Part shown: in pieces, positions 40,840-52,930 of the stretch | How the letters are laid out: each line of letters starts with the position of its first letter | Numbering within the stretch: the first letter of the stretch is position 1 | Source: an uncultured Desulfobacteraceae bacterium | GTDB taxonomy: Bacteria > Desulfobacterota > DSM-4660 > Desulfatiglandales > B25-G16 | DNA length: 64,000 bases | NCBI GenBank assembly: GCA_964611035.1 | Contig: CAZSWT010000011.1 | Coordinates: 1,006 to 65,005 of the forward strand | Direction: 5' to 3' | Position numbers and translations under genes: made by a program | Notes under the pieces: model-generated | Databases searched by the model: none | What the model saw: the letters and a program-made list of their open reading frames with translations, nothing else | Told to the model about the DNA's origin: nothing

Positions 40840-42402
40840 ATGTTAGTTACCCCGTTAGTTATTGTTGCATTAATAGCAATTATAGCAGGTGCGCTTATAG
40901 GTATTGTTGTTCGTAAAAAGATGTTAGAGAATAAGCTCGATTCCGCAGAAGACTATTCGAGAAAGCTTATCCTTGAAGCCGGCAAACAAGCAGAAACAAT
41001 TAGAAAAGAGGCTCAGCTACAGGCAAAAGACAGGCTTTATCAGATGAAACTTGATTTTGAGAATGAAACAAAGTCAAGAACAAAGGAGCTACAGAGCCAG
41101 GAAAGAAGATTGTTCCAAAAAGAGGAAACCTTAGACAAGAGGATAGAACAGATCGAGCAAAGAGAGGGACTGATTGCCAAAGAAGAAGCAGCCTTAGGGA
41201 ATAGGGACAATGCTTTGAAAAAGAAGGAGGGAGAATTCAACAAGCTGATTGAAGAAGAGAGGCAGAAATTAGAGAGGATTGCCGGTATTTCAGTAACCGA
41301 GGCAAAAGAGATGCTCGTTTCTTCTATGGAATTAGAGGCACGCCATGAGGCTTCCAAGCTCATAAAAAAAATAGAGGCTGAGACAAGAGAAATCTCAAAT
41401 AGAAAGGCACAGGAGATTTTGGCCTTGGCCATTAAAAGATATGCTGGTGATTATGTGGCTGAAAAGAGTGTCTCTGTGGTTAATTTACCAAATGATGAGA
41501 TGAAAGGAAGGATTATCGGGAGAGAAGGAAGGAACATTAGGGCCTTAGAGGCTGCTACCGGAATAGATCTTATAATTGATGATACACCTGAAGCCGTAGT
41601 CTTGTCAGGGTTTAATCCGATCAGGAGAGAGGTTGCTAAGGTGGCCCTGGAGAGGCTCATTGAAGATGGCAGAATTCACCCGGCAAGGATTGAGGAGATC
41701 GTAGAACGAGTGAGCGGAGAAATTGAGGCACACATTAAAGAGGCCGGAGAGCAAGCTACTTTTGATATCGGACTTCATGATATCCATCCAGAATTGATTA
41801 AATTAATCGGGCGCCTGAAATATAGATCAAGTTATGCTCAGAATGTGTTAGAGCATTCTATGGAGGTTGCCTTCCTGTGTGGTATAATGGCATCGGAGTT
41901 AAAGTTGGATGAGAAACAGGCCAGAAGAATCGGGCTTCTCCATGATATCGGAAAGGCAGTAGATCATGAGGTAGAAGGGGCGCATGCACTCATAGGGGCA
42001 GATTTGGCCAAGAAATACGGTGAATCTGAGCAAGTAGTTCATGCTATAGCTGCTCACCATGAGGATATTCAGGCCACATCTGTTATGGATGTCCTCCTTC
42101 AAGCAGCCGACACCTTATCTGGCGCTAGACCTGGCGCTCGAAGAGAGATGTACGAGACATATGTGAAGAGATTGGAGGATATGGAAGAGATAGCCATGTC
42201 TTTTAAAGGTGTTAATAAGTCGTATGCAATTCAAGCGGGCAGAGAGATTAGGATAATAGTAGAGAGCGATAAGGTAGATGATTTTGAATCAACAATGATA
42301 TGCAGTGAGGTAGCCAAAAAAATAGAAAAAGGCCTTACCTATCCAGGACAGATTAAGGTGACAGTCATAAGAGAAACCAGGGCTGTTGAATACGCCAAGT
42401 AA
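40840..42402 (+). CDS. rny: Ribonuclease Y
   Basis: 520 aa. N-terminal TM, coiled coil, KH ([15 protein letters not shown]) and HD domain (LLHDIGKA). Confidence 0.95.
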   Translation: MLVTPLVIVALIAIIAGALIGIVVRKKMLENKLDSAEDYSRKLILEAGKQAETIRKEAQLQAKDRLYQMKLDFENETKSRTKELQSQERRLFQKEETLDKRIEQIEQREGLIAKEEAALGNRDNALKKKEGEFNKLIEEERQKLERIAGISVTEAKEMLVSSMELEARHEASKLIKKIEAETREISNRKAQEILALAIKRYAGDYVAEKSVSVVNLPNDEMKGRIIGREGRNIRALEAATGIDLIIDDTPEAVVLSGFNPIRREVAKVALERLIEDGRIHPARIEEIVERVSGEIEAHIKEAGEQATFDIGLHDIHPELIKLIGRLKYRSSYAQNVLEHSMEVAFLCGIMASELKLDEKQARRIGLLHDIGKAVDHEVEGAHALIGADLAKKYGESEQVVHAIAAHHEDIQATSVMDVLLQAADTLSGARPGARREMYETYVKRLEDMEEIAMSFKGVNKSYAIQAGREIRIIVESDKVDDFESTMICSEVAKKIEKGLTYPGQIKVTVIRETRAVEYAK

Positions 42403-42674
42403 AATTTTAAAATGTTTAGCTCGCGTATTGTTAACGTTGAACAACCAAGATTGATGTAGTCTTGATATCTTTTTTGCTTATACTAAATAATATATTACTA
42501 ACCTCGTAATATCCTACCAGTTTTTTATAGGTTTGAAGTGATTGACCAGCCTAATTTAATATATCTGAATTTCTACAACTTAGTGAAATTAAAGAGTTTT
42601 TTAGTCTATTGAAACAATCTTCCCGCTGTTTCAGCGGGGATGAGAGAAGTACGTTAATTTCTATTTTTTTTAAA

Positions 42675-43325
42675 ATGATTAAACTATTTCAGGTGTATAA
42701 AAATTTTGGCTCAAAAAATCCAGCACTATTGGATATAAACCTGGCAGTAAAAAAAGGGGAGTTCGTTTTTATTACTGGGCCTAGTGGTGCAGGAAAGACT
42801 ACATTGTTAAAAATAATTTTCTGTGCAGAGAGGCCAACAAGCGGGAATGCATTAGTCGATGGAAGGAATCTTAATAGGATCAAGGATCGGGACCTTTCAT
42901 TGTTACGTCGAAGAATAGGGGTAGTCTTTCAGGATTTCAAGTTACTTCCAAGGCGTAATGTATTTGAAAATGTAGCCCTCACTCTGGAAATAATAGGGTT
43001 TCCTTTATCTATGATACGTAAAAAGGTTCATCAGACACTTAGGTATTTAAGCCTGACAAACAAAGAGGGTTACTATCCTCCTCAGCTTTCAGGTGGGGAA
43101 CAGCAGAGAGTTGCTATTGCGAGGGCAATAGTCAATAATCCTTTGATCCTCTTGGCTGATGAACCAACTGGAAATCTTGACCCTGATTTAACCATGGAGA
43201 TAATGGCTCTTTTAAAAGAGATACATATTAGGGGCACAACAGTACTCGTGGCAACACATAGCAAGGAGTTGTTAAAGGACACGACCAGAAGAATAGTTAC
43301 TCTCAATAAGGGTAGAATAGTATAA
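42675..43325 (+). CDS. ftsE: Cell division ATP-binding protein FtsE
   Basis: Walker A GPSGAGKTT, LSGGEQQR and LLADEPTGNLD. The ATG at 42675 (MIKLFQV) is preferred; the upstream TTG extension runs through a hairpin. Confidence 0.92.
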   Translation: MIKLFQVYKNFGSKNPALLDINLAVKKGEFVFITGPSGAGKTTLLKIIFCAERPTSGNALVDGRNLNRIKDRDLSLLRRRIGVVFQDFKLLPRRNVFENVALTLEIIGFPLSMIRKKVHQTLRYLSLTNKEGYYPPQLSGGEQQRVAIARAIVNNPLILLADEPTGNLDPDLTMEIMALLKEIHIRGTTVLVATHSKELLKDTTRRIVTLNKGRIV

Positions 43326-44219
43326 ATGAAGATTACACTATTTCATTATTTTATCAGGCAGGCTATGGCAAACATTCGTGAGAATCGATTAGTTCACCTG
43401 ATAGGTATAGGCACAATGTCCATAGCATTCCTTATCTTTTATGCCTTTATTCTTATTTTTGTAAACATAAATCATTGGACAGAGAAGCAGGGAAAAACGT
43501 TGACTATGTCTATTTATTTCAAAGAGGAGCCAGATGCTGCTGTAATTGAAAATATAAAAAAAGAATTATTTCTGTTCCCCGGGGTGACTGTCAAACAGTT
43601 TGTTTCCAAGGATGATGCTATGAAGAGTCTTAGAAGAAAACTAGGGGAAAAGGCTGGGCTGCTTGATGGTTTAAAGCAGAATCCTTTGCCTGCTTCTCTT
43701 GAGATTACTCTTTCGAGAGATAAAGAGGGTGACAGCCTTCCGCATCGATTGAAAACAAGATTAGAGGAAATTACTGTAGTTGATGAGGTGCATTACACCC
43801 AGGAATGGATAAAAAGATTTCAGGTTATCATGGAGGCAATAAAGATTGTAGGCATGATTTTTGGGGGACTACTTTTTTTAGCAGCCCTTTTTATCATTAC
43901 AAATACAATAAAATTGACTATCTATTCTCGAAGGGAAGAAATCGAAATACTCAAGCTTGTAGGTGCGACCAATCGTTTTGTGAAGATTCCTTTTATGATT
44001 GAAGGATCAATTCAAGGCCTACTCGGCGGTGCAGTTGCCTTATTCATTCTCTTTTTAGCGTATATAATAGCCATAACCAGAATACACATTAGCATTGGAT
44101 TTGCCTCTCTTAATATTGTCTTTCTTTCCCCTCAAATTATTCTTTTCTTGTTACTTATGAGTGTTATTATTGGTTTTATAGCGAGCACAATATCTTTGGG
44201 TCGGTTTTTTAGACTATGA
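43326..44219 (+). CDS. ftsX: Cell division permease-like protein FtsX
   Basis: 297 aa. TM1, periplasmic domain and three C-terminal TMs (EIEILKLVGAT). Confidence 0.9.
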   Translation: MKITLFHYFIRQAMANIRENRLVHLIGIGTMSIAFLIFYAFILIFVNINHWTEKQGKTLTMSIYFKEEPDAAVIENIKKELFLFPGVTVKQFVSKDDAMKSLRRKLGEKAGLLDGLKQNPLPASLEITLSRDKEGDSLPHRLKTRLEEITVVDEVHYTQEWIKRFQVIMEAIKIVGMIFGGLLFLAALFIITNTIKLTIYSRREEIEILKLVGATNRFVKIPFMIEGSIQGLLGGAVALFILFLAYIIAITRIHISIGFASLNIVFLSPQIILFLLLMSVIIGFIASTISLGRFFRL

Positions 44220-45400
44220 ATCAGATAGTTAAAGATTTTCTACCAGTTTTTTTTATACTATGTGCCATTATTTTCATTTTTTTCTTTTTAGATTTCTTAA
44301 GGGCAGAAGAGAGATTCCCTATTGAAAGCAATAACTCCCAGATTCAGCAGATAGAAAAAGATCTTGTAGAACAGCAAGGAGAGCTGCTCAGTGTTGATAT
44401 TAAAGAAAAAGGTATCCTGGGAGAGATCGAACGACTGGAAAGAGAGGTGGTTATACAAAAGCGGTCTTTAAAGGAGCTATCGAGCAGGATAAAAGAGATT
44501 TCATGCGAGATTAAGGGTGGGCAGAAAAGGATTCAAAGACTGAATGAATCTTCCAGTGCTGCCTGGGCATATTTAAACAAGCGGTTAGTAGCTTTCTATA
44601 AGTTTGGGAGGTCTGGGTATGTATGGCTTCTCGCGAGCTCTGCTACTCTACAAGAATTCCAGAAGACTATAAAGTATATGAAGGCTATTATGGCACAGGA
44701 TAGACAGGTGCTGGATATTTTGGACAGGCAGATGAGACAGGCAGAGGGCGAGTTAAGTAGACTCAAGGAAAATATGGCCAAGGGCGAGGAGTTAAAAAAG
44801 GTCAAGAATTCCAGGATGGCACTACTTGAAAAATATGTTGAAAAAAAAGTTTTTTTGTTAATGAAGATACATAGGGAGAAGGAATTTTATGCGAAAGCGG
44901 TTCAAGAATTGAAAGAGGCGACGCGGGCTTTAAGTGAGACCATGATACATTTAGAGACTAAAGAAAAGGAAAGCATGTTACCGGAAAGCTTTGCTAAAAT
45001 GAAAGGAAAACTACCTCTCCCGTTAAAAGGAAAAATACTGAGAGAGGTGAAACAATTTGGATTTAATCCATTTATGCATAGAAAGGGAATATATATCACA
45101 GGTTCTCCAGGGGAGGCGGTTAGATCTGTTTTTCCTGGCAGGATAGACTATTCCGGATGGTTTAAAGGATATGGTCAGCTGTTGATTATTGACCATGGAT
45201 ACCATTATTTTACTGTCTTCGCCCACCTTGAGGAAATAGTTAAGAAAAAGGGAGAGGCGGTTTCAGGAGGAGAAGTAATTGGTATAGCAGGAGATCCAGG
45301 CTGGCAGGTAGGCCCAGGGATATATTTTGAAATACGAAAAGGAGGAAATCATCTTGACCCCAAAAGATGGCTTAAAAAAGACACCCATGCCCTTCCTTAA
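44216..45400 (+). CDS. envC: Murein hydrolase activator EnvC-like (coiled coil + M23/LytM domain)
   Basis: 394 aa. Long coiled coil followed by an M23-like C-terminus (LIIDHGYHYFTVFAHL). Overlaps the ftsX stop. Confidence 0.82.
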   Translation: MNQIVKDFLPVFFILCAIIFIFFFLDFLRAEERFPIESNNSQIQQIEKDLVEQQGELLSVDIKEKGILGEIERLEREVVIQKRSLKELSSRIKEISCEIKGGQKRIQRLNESSSAAWAYLNKRLVAFYKFGRSGYVWLLASSATLQEFQKTIKYMKAIMAQDRQVLDILDRQMRQAEGELSRLKENMAKGEELKKVKNSRMALLEKYVEKKVFLLMKIHREKEFYAKAVQELKEATRALSETMIHLETKEKESMLPESFAKMKGKLPLPLKGKILREVKQFGFNPFMHRKGIYITGSPGEAVRSVFPGRIDYSGWFKGYGQLLIIDHGYHYFTVFAHLEEIVKKKGEAVSGGEVIGIAGDPGWQVGPGIYFEIRKGGNHLDPKRWLKKDTHALP

Positions 45401-45466
45401 CTTATTGATCATATACTAAAATTAGAAGACAAAAGCTGAAATTTTAACAAGAAAAGGAGAAGAGGG

Positions 45467-46792
45467 ATGTTAAAAACAAGACATAACCATTTTTTTTACA
45501 AGACAACTATTTTCATTGTTTTGATAGTGTTGTGTGTAATCAACAATGGTGATCAAGATATTTCGGCTGGTACAAAAGAGGTATATAAGAACATAGAGGT
45601 GCTGAGCGAAGTCTTAAACAAGATTGAAAAAAATTATGTGGAAGACACAGATCCCCAGGATGTTCTATATGGGGCTATAAAGGGTATGGTGAGAACCTTG
45701 GATCCTCACTCCTTTTTTATGAGCCCAGAAGAATACAAGGAATTGATGGTAGAGACAAAAGGAAAATTTTCTGGTGTAGGAATTGAGATAACTATCAGAA
45801 ACCACGTGCTTACTGTGGTCTCTCCTATTGAAGGGACACCTGCATTTAAGGCTGGGATAAAGGCAGGAGATCAGATAATCATGATAGGAGACAAATCAAG
45901 TAAAGAGTTATCCATTATGGATGCAGTTAAGCTCATTCGAGGACCTAAAGGGAGCAAGATTAAACTCACCATTAGGAGGAAAGAGATAGAAAAACCGATA
46001 GACTTTATGATTACCAGGGATGTAATACCAATTAAGAGTGTTCGCTCATTTTCACTTCCTTTGGATATAGGTTACATCAGGATTTCTAATTTCCAGAGCA
46101 ACACGAGCAAAGAACTCTCTAAGGCCTTAGAAGATATGGAGAATAAAAAGGCATTGGAGGGTTTGATTTTGGATTTGAGAAACAATCCTGGAGGGCTGCT
46201 GTCTCAGGCGGTAAAGGTGGCCGATAACTTTCTTGATTCAGGGCTTATTGTTTCTATTAAAGGCCGGGATAAAAAAGAAGAAGAAAGTGTCGCTCACAAG
46301 AACGGGAAGCCCAGAAAATATCCGATGATTGCCTTGGTTAATGAGGGGAGTGCAAGCGCATCAGAAATAGTGGCAGGGGCTTTACAGGATAACAAGAGGG
46401 CCCTTATCTTAGGCTCTACTACCTTTGGAAAAGGTTCTGTCCAGACACTTTTTCCACTTTCAGATGGCTCAGGATTGCGCCTCACAACTGCTATATATTA
46501 TACTCCAAGTGGAAGATCTATACAGGCACGGGGTATTGAGCCGGATATAAAGGTTGCCTTTGTACCACCGAAGGAAGAGGCTGAACCAAAAAAACCCGCT
46601 TTCATAAGAGAAGGGGATTTAAAGGGCCATATCAAAAAAGAGACTCCAGATTTAAAGAAAGAGGAAAAGAGTGGAGCTGTGCCAGATGAGGAGTCTCGCA
46701 TCCAAACTCGTATCGATAATGATAATCAGTTAAGAAGGGCGATTCAGATACTTCGCTCTTGGAACATTTTCTCTACATTAGAAAGCAGATAA
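45467..46792 (+). CDS. ctpA: Carboxy-terminal processing protease (S41)
   Basis: PDZ domain (GVGIEI...VVSPIEGTPAFKAGIKAGD), LDLRNNPGGLL and GSASASEI. Confidence 0.92.
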   Translation: MLKTRHNHFFYKTTIFIVLIVLCVINNGDQDISAGTKEVYKNIEVLSEVLNKIEKNYVEDTDPQDVLYGAIKGMVRTLDPHSFFMSPEEYKELMVETKGKFSGVGIEITIRNHVLTVVSPIEGTPAFKAGIKAGDQIIMIGDKSSKELSIMDAVKLIRGPKGSKIKLTIRRKEIEKPIDFMITRDVIPIKSVRSFSLPLDIGYIRISNFQSNTSKELSKALEDMENKKALEGLILDLRNNPGGLLSQAVKVADNFLDSGLIVSIKGRDKKEEESVAHKNGKPRKYPMIALVNEGSASASEIVAGALQDNKRALILGSTTFGKGSVQTLFPLSDGSGLRLTTAIYYTPSGRSIQARGIEPDIKVAFVPPKEEAEPKKPAFIREGDLKGHIKKETPDLKKEEKSGAVPDEESRIQTRIDNDNQLRRAIQILRSWNIFSTLESR

Positions 46793-46821
46793 GCTCAAGG
46801 ATAAAGGTATAATGTCATTAC

Positions 46822-47988
46822 ATGGCTAAATCAAAAGGCAAGAAAAAAACGAGATTTAGTTTCACCCATGTTAGCTTTGGGTTTGCAATTCTAATTGTTA
46901 TCATAGTAATAAGTTATATTTTGATACCGGATAAATCCAGACCTCCATTACCATTTGAGGAGGTGTATCTCTATTCCAAACAATTAAGTCGAGGCATATA
47001 CCTTATAGATAAGTCTATTTCTGATGGATTCTATACAATAGGAGTGCCAGAAGAAAATATTGTTTTTCCATCTGTTCTTCCGAGACAGAAAGGCAAATAC
47101 AGGTGGAATTTTAGTAGCATAGAAGTGAGGATTCCGAAACAGCTTTCTGTTTTCAAGGTGGGAGAGGAAATCAGAGAAAGGATTTCTCAACTACCAATAC
47201 CGACACAAATTACTATAGATAAAAAATCAGAAAATGAAATAATCTATGCCGTGTACTGCAAAGGCCTGCATACTCACAGATTAACAATTACGCTCGAGGA
47301 TAAAAAGAGTTCTCATCGTTTTTCATATCCCAAAATAGGTATTATAATAGATGACTTGGGCTATGACATTTCTCTTGCAAACGCCCTTTTGGAGCTCGAT
47401 TTACCCCTCACCTTTTCTGTGTTACCCTTTACCCCTAATACGAGGTTAATTGCACGTAAGGCCTGGAATGATGGTCGAGAAACAATGCTTCATCTCCCCA
47501 TGGAACCAATGAATTATCCTGCTATTAATCCAGGGGATGGGGTGTTGTTGGTATCTATGGATAGAGAAATGATTTTGGATACACTTACTAGGGATTTGAG
47601 CCAGATTCCTTTTGTTGCTGGTGTAAATAATCATATGGGGTCGAGATTTACAAAAAGCGAGGAGAAGATGGTAATTGTGCTGGCGGAGTTGAAGAAAAAA
47701 GGGCTTTACTATATTGATAGCAGAACAAGCAGTGATACCGTGGCATTTGATGTGGCAAAAAAAATGGCTCTCAGGACAGCAAGCAGAGATATTTTTTTAG
47801 ATAATCATCTCTCAGAAAATGCCTTAAAAATACAAATGGAGAGACTGCTTAGTGTCGCAAGACATAAGGGCAGTGCCATAGGAATAGGACATCCTCACAA
47901 AAAGACCATTGATTTATTAAAAAATTTCCAGACGACCCTTACTAATGAAGCCGAGGTTGTGCCTGCTTCTAACTTGGTGAATAACTAA
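46822..47988 (+). CDS. Divergent polysaccharide deacetylase family protein (YibQ-like)
   Basis: 388 aa. N-terminal TM. IGIIIDDLGY...HLPMEP...NNHMGS pattern. Conserved position after envC-ctpA. Confidence 0.8.
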   Translation: MAKSKGKKKTRFSFTHVSFGFAILIVIIVISYILIPDKSRPPLPFEEVYLYSKQLSRGIYLIDKSISDGFYTIGVPEENIVFPSVLPRQKGKYRWNFSSIEVRIPKQLSVFKVGEEIRERISQLPIPTQITIDKKSENEIIYAVYCKGLHTHRLTITLEDKKSSHRFSYPKIGIIIDDLGYDISLANALLELDLPLTFSVLPFTPNTRLIARKAWNDGRETMLHLPMEPMNYPAINPGDGVLLVSMDREMILDTLTRDLSQIPFVAGVNNHMGSRFTKSEEKMVIVLAELKKKGLYYIDSRTSSDTVAFDVAKKMALRTASRDIFLDNHLSENALKIQMERLLSVARHKGSAIGIGHPHKKTIDLLKNFQTTLTNEAEVVPASNLVNN

Positions 47989-48065
47989 TATCCAATACCC
48001 TTAAATTCAGACCTCATAAAAACTATTGATTTATTGACTGCAATCCCTTAGCTTTTAGGACTTTG

Positions 48066-48244
48066 CTCGAAAATTGGACATAAGGGTTCAGTCTGGGTTA
48101 TAAGGTTCAGGGTTCAAAGGTTCAAAGGTTTTTAACCCATGAACCCCGATTTTATCGGGAAACCGTGAACCCAAATCTTAAGTTAGAAATGTAGCCTTTT
48201 GTCCAAAATATTATCCCAAAATCGGGTAAAATTTTCGAGGTCTA
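48066..48244. repeat. Repeat element with short-period ggttca(a)agg tandem core
   Basis: Inverted blocks (tcgaaaattggacataagg versus ccttttgtccaaaata; agacctc... versus ...gaggtct) surround ggttcagggttcaaaggttcaaaggtt. The motif resembles the TIR sequence of the 22.7-kb element. Confidence 0.45.
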
Positions 48245-48267
48245 AAATTATATAAAAGGAGGTTCTT

Positions 48268-49428
48268 TTGAACATACCGCTTCTAGATTTAAAGGCCCAA
48301 TACAAATCCATTAAAGAGGAAATCATAGCAGCCACTATGGAGGTGTATCAGTCGCAGAGATTTATCCTGGGACCGAAGGTCGAGGCATTGGAGAACGAAA
48401 TAGCTGCTTACACTCAGGTCAAGTATGCGGTGGGTGTTTCGTCGGGCACAGATGCACTACTCATATCATTAATGAGTGCAAATATATGTCCTGGAGATCT
48501 GGTAGTCACTACTCCTTATACCTTTTTTTCCACTGCTGGTTCAATTGCCAGGTTAGGCGCTATCCCTGTGTTTGTAGACATAGATACCCATACCTATAAT
48601 ATTGATCCTGAGAAATTGGAGAAAAAAATTTCAACATTGAATTCTCAAGAGAGGTCGCGCTTAAAGGCAATAGTGCCTGTTCATCTTTTTGGACAATGCG
48701 CAGACATGGAAGACATTATATCCATAGCAAAGCCTTTAGATTTAGTAATTATAGAGGATGCAGCTCAGGCTATTGGAGCGGAATACGGATTTAGCGATGG
48801 ATTGTTTAAGAGAGCTGGATCTATGGGCACCTATGGCTGTTTTTCTTTTTTCCCCTCAAAAAACCTTGGCGCCTTTGGAGATGGAGGCATGGTCACTACA
48901 AATGATGAGAAAATATATCAAGGGCTTAAGATAATAAGGGTCCATGGGTCTCAACCAAAATATTACCACAGAATGATTGGTGGAAATTTCAGGCTTGACG
49001 CCCTTCAAGCAGCTATTCTGTTGGTAAAATTTAGGTATCTTGATCAATGGACTGAAAAAAGAAGAGAGAATGCACGCATTTATAGAGAGTTATTTGCTCG
49101 TAAAGGTATAGAAGAGATCGAGCCTCCTTTTGAGAATAAGGGTAGACACATATATAACCAATTTGTCATAAAGGTCGGTCGGAATAGAGATGAATTAAAG
49201 CAATATTTAATCAATCAGGGGATAGGTTGCGAGATTTATTATCCAGTGCCGCTTCATGTTCAAGAATGTTTTCAATATTTAGGTTATCGCCCAGAGGATT
49301 GCCCTATTTCCGTTGAGGCTGCAGCACAGACCATTGCATTACCAATTTACCCGGAGTTAAAATATGAGCAGATTGAATATATTGTAGAAAAAATAAGTTC
49401 ATTTTATAAAGGCAATATCAGGAGCTAA
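48268..49428 (+). CDS. DegT/DnrJ/EryC1/StrS family PLP-dependent aminotransferase
   Basis: 386 aa. Typical blocks (GVSSGTDAL, FFPSKNLGAFGDGG with the PLP lysine). TTG start 5 nt after AAGGAGG. Confidence 0.9.
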   Translation: MNIPLLDLKAQYKSIKEEIIAATMEVYQSQRFILGPKVEALENEIAAYTQVKYAVGVSSGTDALLISLMSANICPGDLVVTTPYTFFSTAGSIARLGAIPVFVDIDTHTYNIDPEKLEKKISTLNSQERSRLKAIVPVHLFGQCADMEDIISIAKPLDLVIIEDAAQAIGAEYGFSDGLFKRAGSMGTYGCFSFFPSKNLGAFGDGGMVTTNDEKIYQGLKIIRVHGSQPKYYHRMIGGNFRLDALQAAILLVKFRYLDQWTEKRRENARIYRELFARKGIEEIEPPFENKGRHIYNQFVIKVGRNRDELKQYLINQGIGCEIYYPVPLHVQECFQYLGYRPEDCPISVEAAAQTIALPIYPELKYEQIEYIVEKISSFYKGNIRS

Positions 49429-49575
49429 TTGTCAGTCAGCGGCATTGGTCCAGGTATTTAGGATAACCCTTTTAAATGAGTTTCCTGATGTACGATTTAT
49501 TTAAGAGACTATAAGCGAGATTATTTCCAGCAAAGCAGTATTGACATAAGAGAAGTATTGGGAGAATATTACATC

Positions 49576-50427
49576 ATGACTGAAGACCTCTTTACATTTT
49601 ATCAAATGCCCCCACTCCATGATCCTGTACTTATTGTTGGGTTTGGAGACTGGTCCAATGCTGGCAATGTTGCCCTAAAGTCGATAGACTACATTATTGA
49701 AAAAAAGAAGGCTACATTAATAGCTGAGATAGATCCGGACTATTTTTACCAGTTTACTCAAAACAGACCAGTAGTTACTATCAAGAAAGGAAGGCTTCAT
49801 GGTCTGGTTTTAAAAAAGATATCTTTTTATTTTTGGCCTAACAAGGAAGGAAAAAATGACCTTATTCTCTTAAAGGCTCAAGAGCCAGACTATAGATGGT
49901 CTATGTTTATTCAGGTCCTGTTTCATTTATGCAAACAATGGGGTGTTTCTCTTATCGTCAGCCTTGGGGGGATGTATGATGATGTCCTTCATACTGAGGC
50001 CATAGTCTCTGGGGTGTATCCCTTTGGGGATTGGAAAGATGTTTTTATCAAAAAAGATATTCCTCTGATTGAATATGAGGGTCCCTCCGGGATACATGCC
50101 CTTATTATGCAGAAGGCAGAAAAAGAAAGCTACCCATTTATTGGGCTTTGGGGCCGTTCACCATTATACTTGAGGGGTACAAATTTTAAGGTAGTAATCA
50201 GGATTGTTAATCTTTTGGCCTCTTTCTTTGCCTTTTATATTGATACAGATGAACTTGAGAGTTCTTTAAAGGAATTTGAGAATCAAATTGAGGAAATCTT
50301 GGAAAATAATTTAGAATTACAGGAATATATAGAGAAGATTAAAAAAATCAGGAGCGGAGAACTGAAAAAAAAAGATACCCCAAAGATTGTAAACATAAAA
50401 GATTTTATGAGGCACAGGGATTCATAA
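49576..50427 (+). CDS. PAC2 (proteasome assembly chaperone 2-like) family protein
   Basis: N-terminus LHDPVLIVGFGDWSNAGNVA plus a C-terminal coiled tail. The ATG at 49576 is preferred to the TTG at 49558. Confidence 0.65.
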   Translation: MTEDLFTFYQMPPLHDPVLIVGFGDWSNAGNVALKSIDYIIEKKKATLIAEIDPDYFYQFTQNRPVVTIKKGRLHGLVLKKISFYFWPNKEGKNDLILLKAQEPDYRWSMFIQVLFHLCKQWGVSLIVSLGGMYDDVLHTEAIVSGVYPFGDWKDVFIKKDIPLIEYEGPSGIHALIMQKAEKESYPFIGLWGRSPLYLRGTNFKVVIRIVNLLASFFAFYIDTDELESSLKEFENQIEEILENNLELQEYIEKIKKIRSGELKKKDTPKIVNIKDFMRHRDS

Positions 50428-50499
50428 TTCTTACTTTACTATGCTATTTAAAACTAACCTCGGCAAGCTGGAACCAAGACAGTTGTGATGTTGAAGTAT

Positions 50500-50672
50500 A
50501 GGGTGAACTTTGAAATACGAAACCCTAAGCACGAAATACGAAACAAATTCCAATGACCAAAAAACAAAATTCAAAACATCATGATTCTGCAGGAATTCGA
50601 ATTTTTTCACCATGGGGTGGCAGTCAATAACGTTTTGAACATTTAACATTTGAATTTCAGATTTCGAGTTTA
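50500..50672. repeat. Dispersed short-period repeat (cgaaatacgaaac type)
   Basis: gaaatacgaaaccctaagcacgaaatacgaaac plus inverted cagatttcgagttt. The only ORF through it (50431..50649 minus) looks spurious. Confidence 0.4.
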
Positions 50673-50737
50673 TTTTCTGCCAGAAAAAACATGAATATCA
50701 CAATTTAGCGTCAAAAAAGTACGCACACAGGGTTTAA

Positions 50738-52063
<1,326 letters not shown>

Positions 52064-52088
52064 TTTGATGATATAGGAAATTTCTTTT

Positions 52089-52289
52089 GGACGCAGCCTG
52101 CCCTGGCGCGACCTCCTCGGCATATATTGAAACCTCTGTGGTATCTATTGACTCAGACTATATAGCCTAAACATTGCGTGCCAGGTCTGGGCCAGGGACG
52201 GACGCAAATTATCAGGATATATAATATAACAAAATATCTGCGTTTATCTGCGAGAACCTGCCCGCCGTCTGGCAGGCGGGTCTGCGTCC
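52089..52289. repeat. GC-rich hairpin repeat cluster
   Basis: ggacgcagcctgcc... pairs with ...ggcaggcgggtctgcgtcc. The hairpin core resembles gacccgcctgcc...ggcaggc at 13341-13375. Confidence 0.4.
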
Positions 52290-52729
52290 TAATCTAAACG
52301 ATCTTTTCTTTTGGGTGGCGCTATAATAAATGTTATTATTACTGTTATTGCAAAGGCGGTATAGATTATAGTAAACAACCACCCAGGTGCATTATAAAAG
52401 AGAAGTGAGTCCACAATAGTGCCAATAAAGGAGACCTTCTCTTCAGAAAGATTAGACGCATACCTAAGCTTAAATTCAAGCACTGTCAAAGGACAATTTA
52501 CCCCTAATAATGCCTCACAAGCAACCCCAATAATAGCCAACAAGTGAGTGATACGAAAGGGAAGGTTTCTTATCCATTTCCACTTAAAAATGATGCCTGA
52601 GAAAATAAGGATAAACCCTAAGACAACAAAAGCGACGTATCCGAAATGAATGATAGCAATGATGTCAGCTAAGAATAAATAAGGCATGGCAAAAAGATAA
52701 TTAATTTTCTGTAGAAACCTTTTTATCAT
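52289..52729 (-). CDS. DUF2784-like small polytopic membrane protein
   Basis: 146 aa, four hydrophobic segments, CPLT motif (GVNCPLTVLEFKLR). Confidence 0.55.
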   Translation of the reverse strand: MIKRFLQKINYLFAMPYLFLADIIAIIHFGYVAFVVLGFILIFSGIIFKWKWIRNLPFRITHLLAIIGVACEALLGVNCPLTVLEFKLRYASNLSEEKVSFIGTIVDSLLFYNAPGWLFTIIYTAFAITVIITFIIAPPKRKDRLD

Positions 52730-52930
52730 CTAATGTTAGCATACTGTTTCGGTAATTTTCCAATTTTTATATTCATAGGAAAATCCTTGACTTTTTATAA
52801 TTTAAGAGTATAGAGATACAATACAGATGTAGCAATAATGATTTTCTCAACAATTTACTAAGGAGAGGAGGTGGGGAATAATCAATCCTTTAAAGGTAAA
52901 AATAACCTTTAGCAAAGGGAGGACTAAGGT

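Noticed and set aside
42620-42640. CRISPR-repeat-like hairpins: cttcccgctgtttcagcggggatgag at 42620, and ctaccccgcgtataagcgcggggtag at 17410.
   Set aside because: They resemble type I-E repeats in form. However, each occurs once, with no spacer-repeat periodicity and no cas genes in the window. They are treated as isolated stem-loops.
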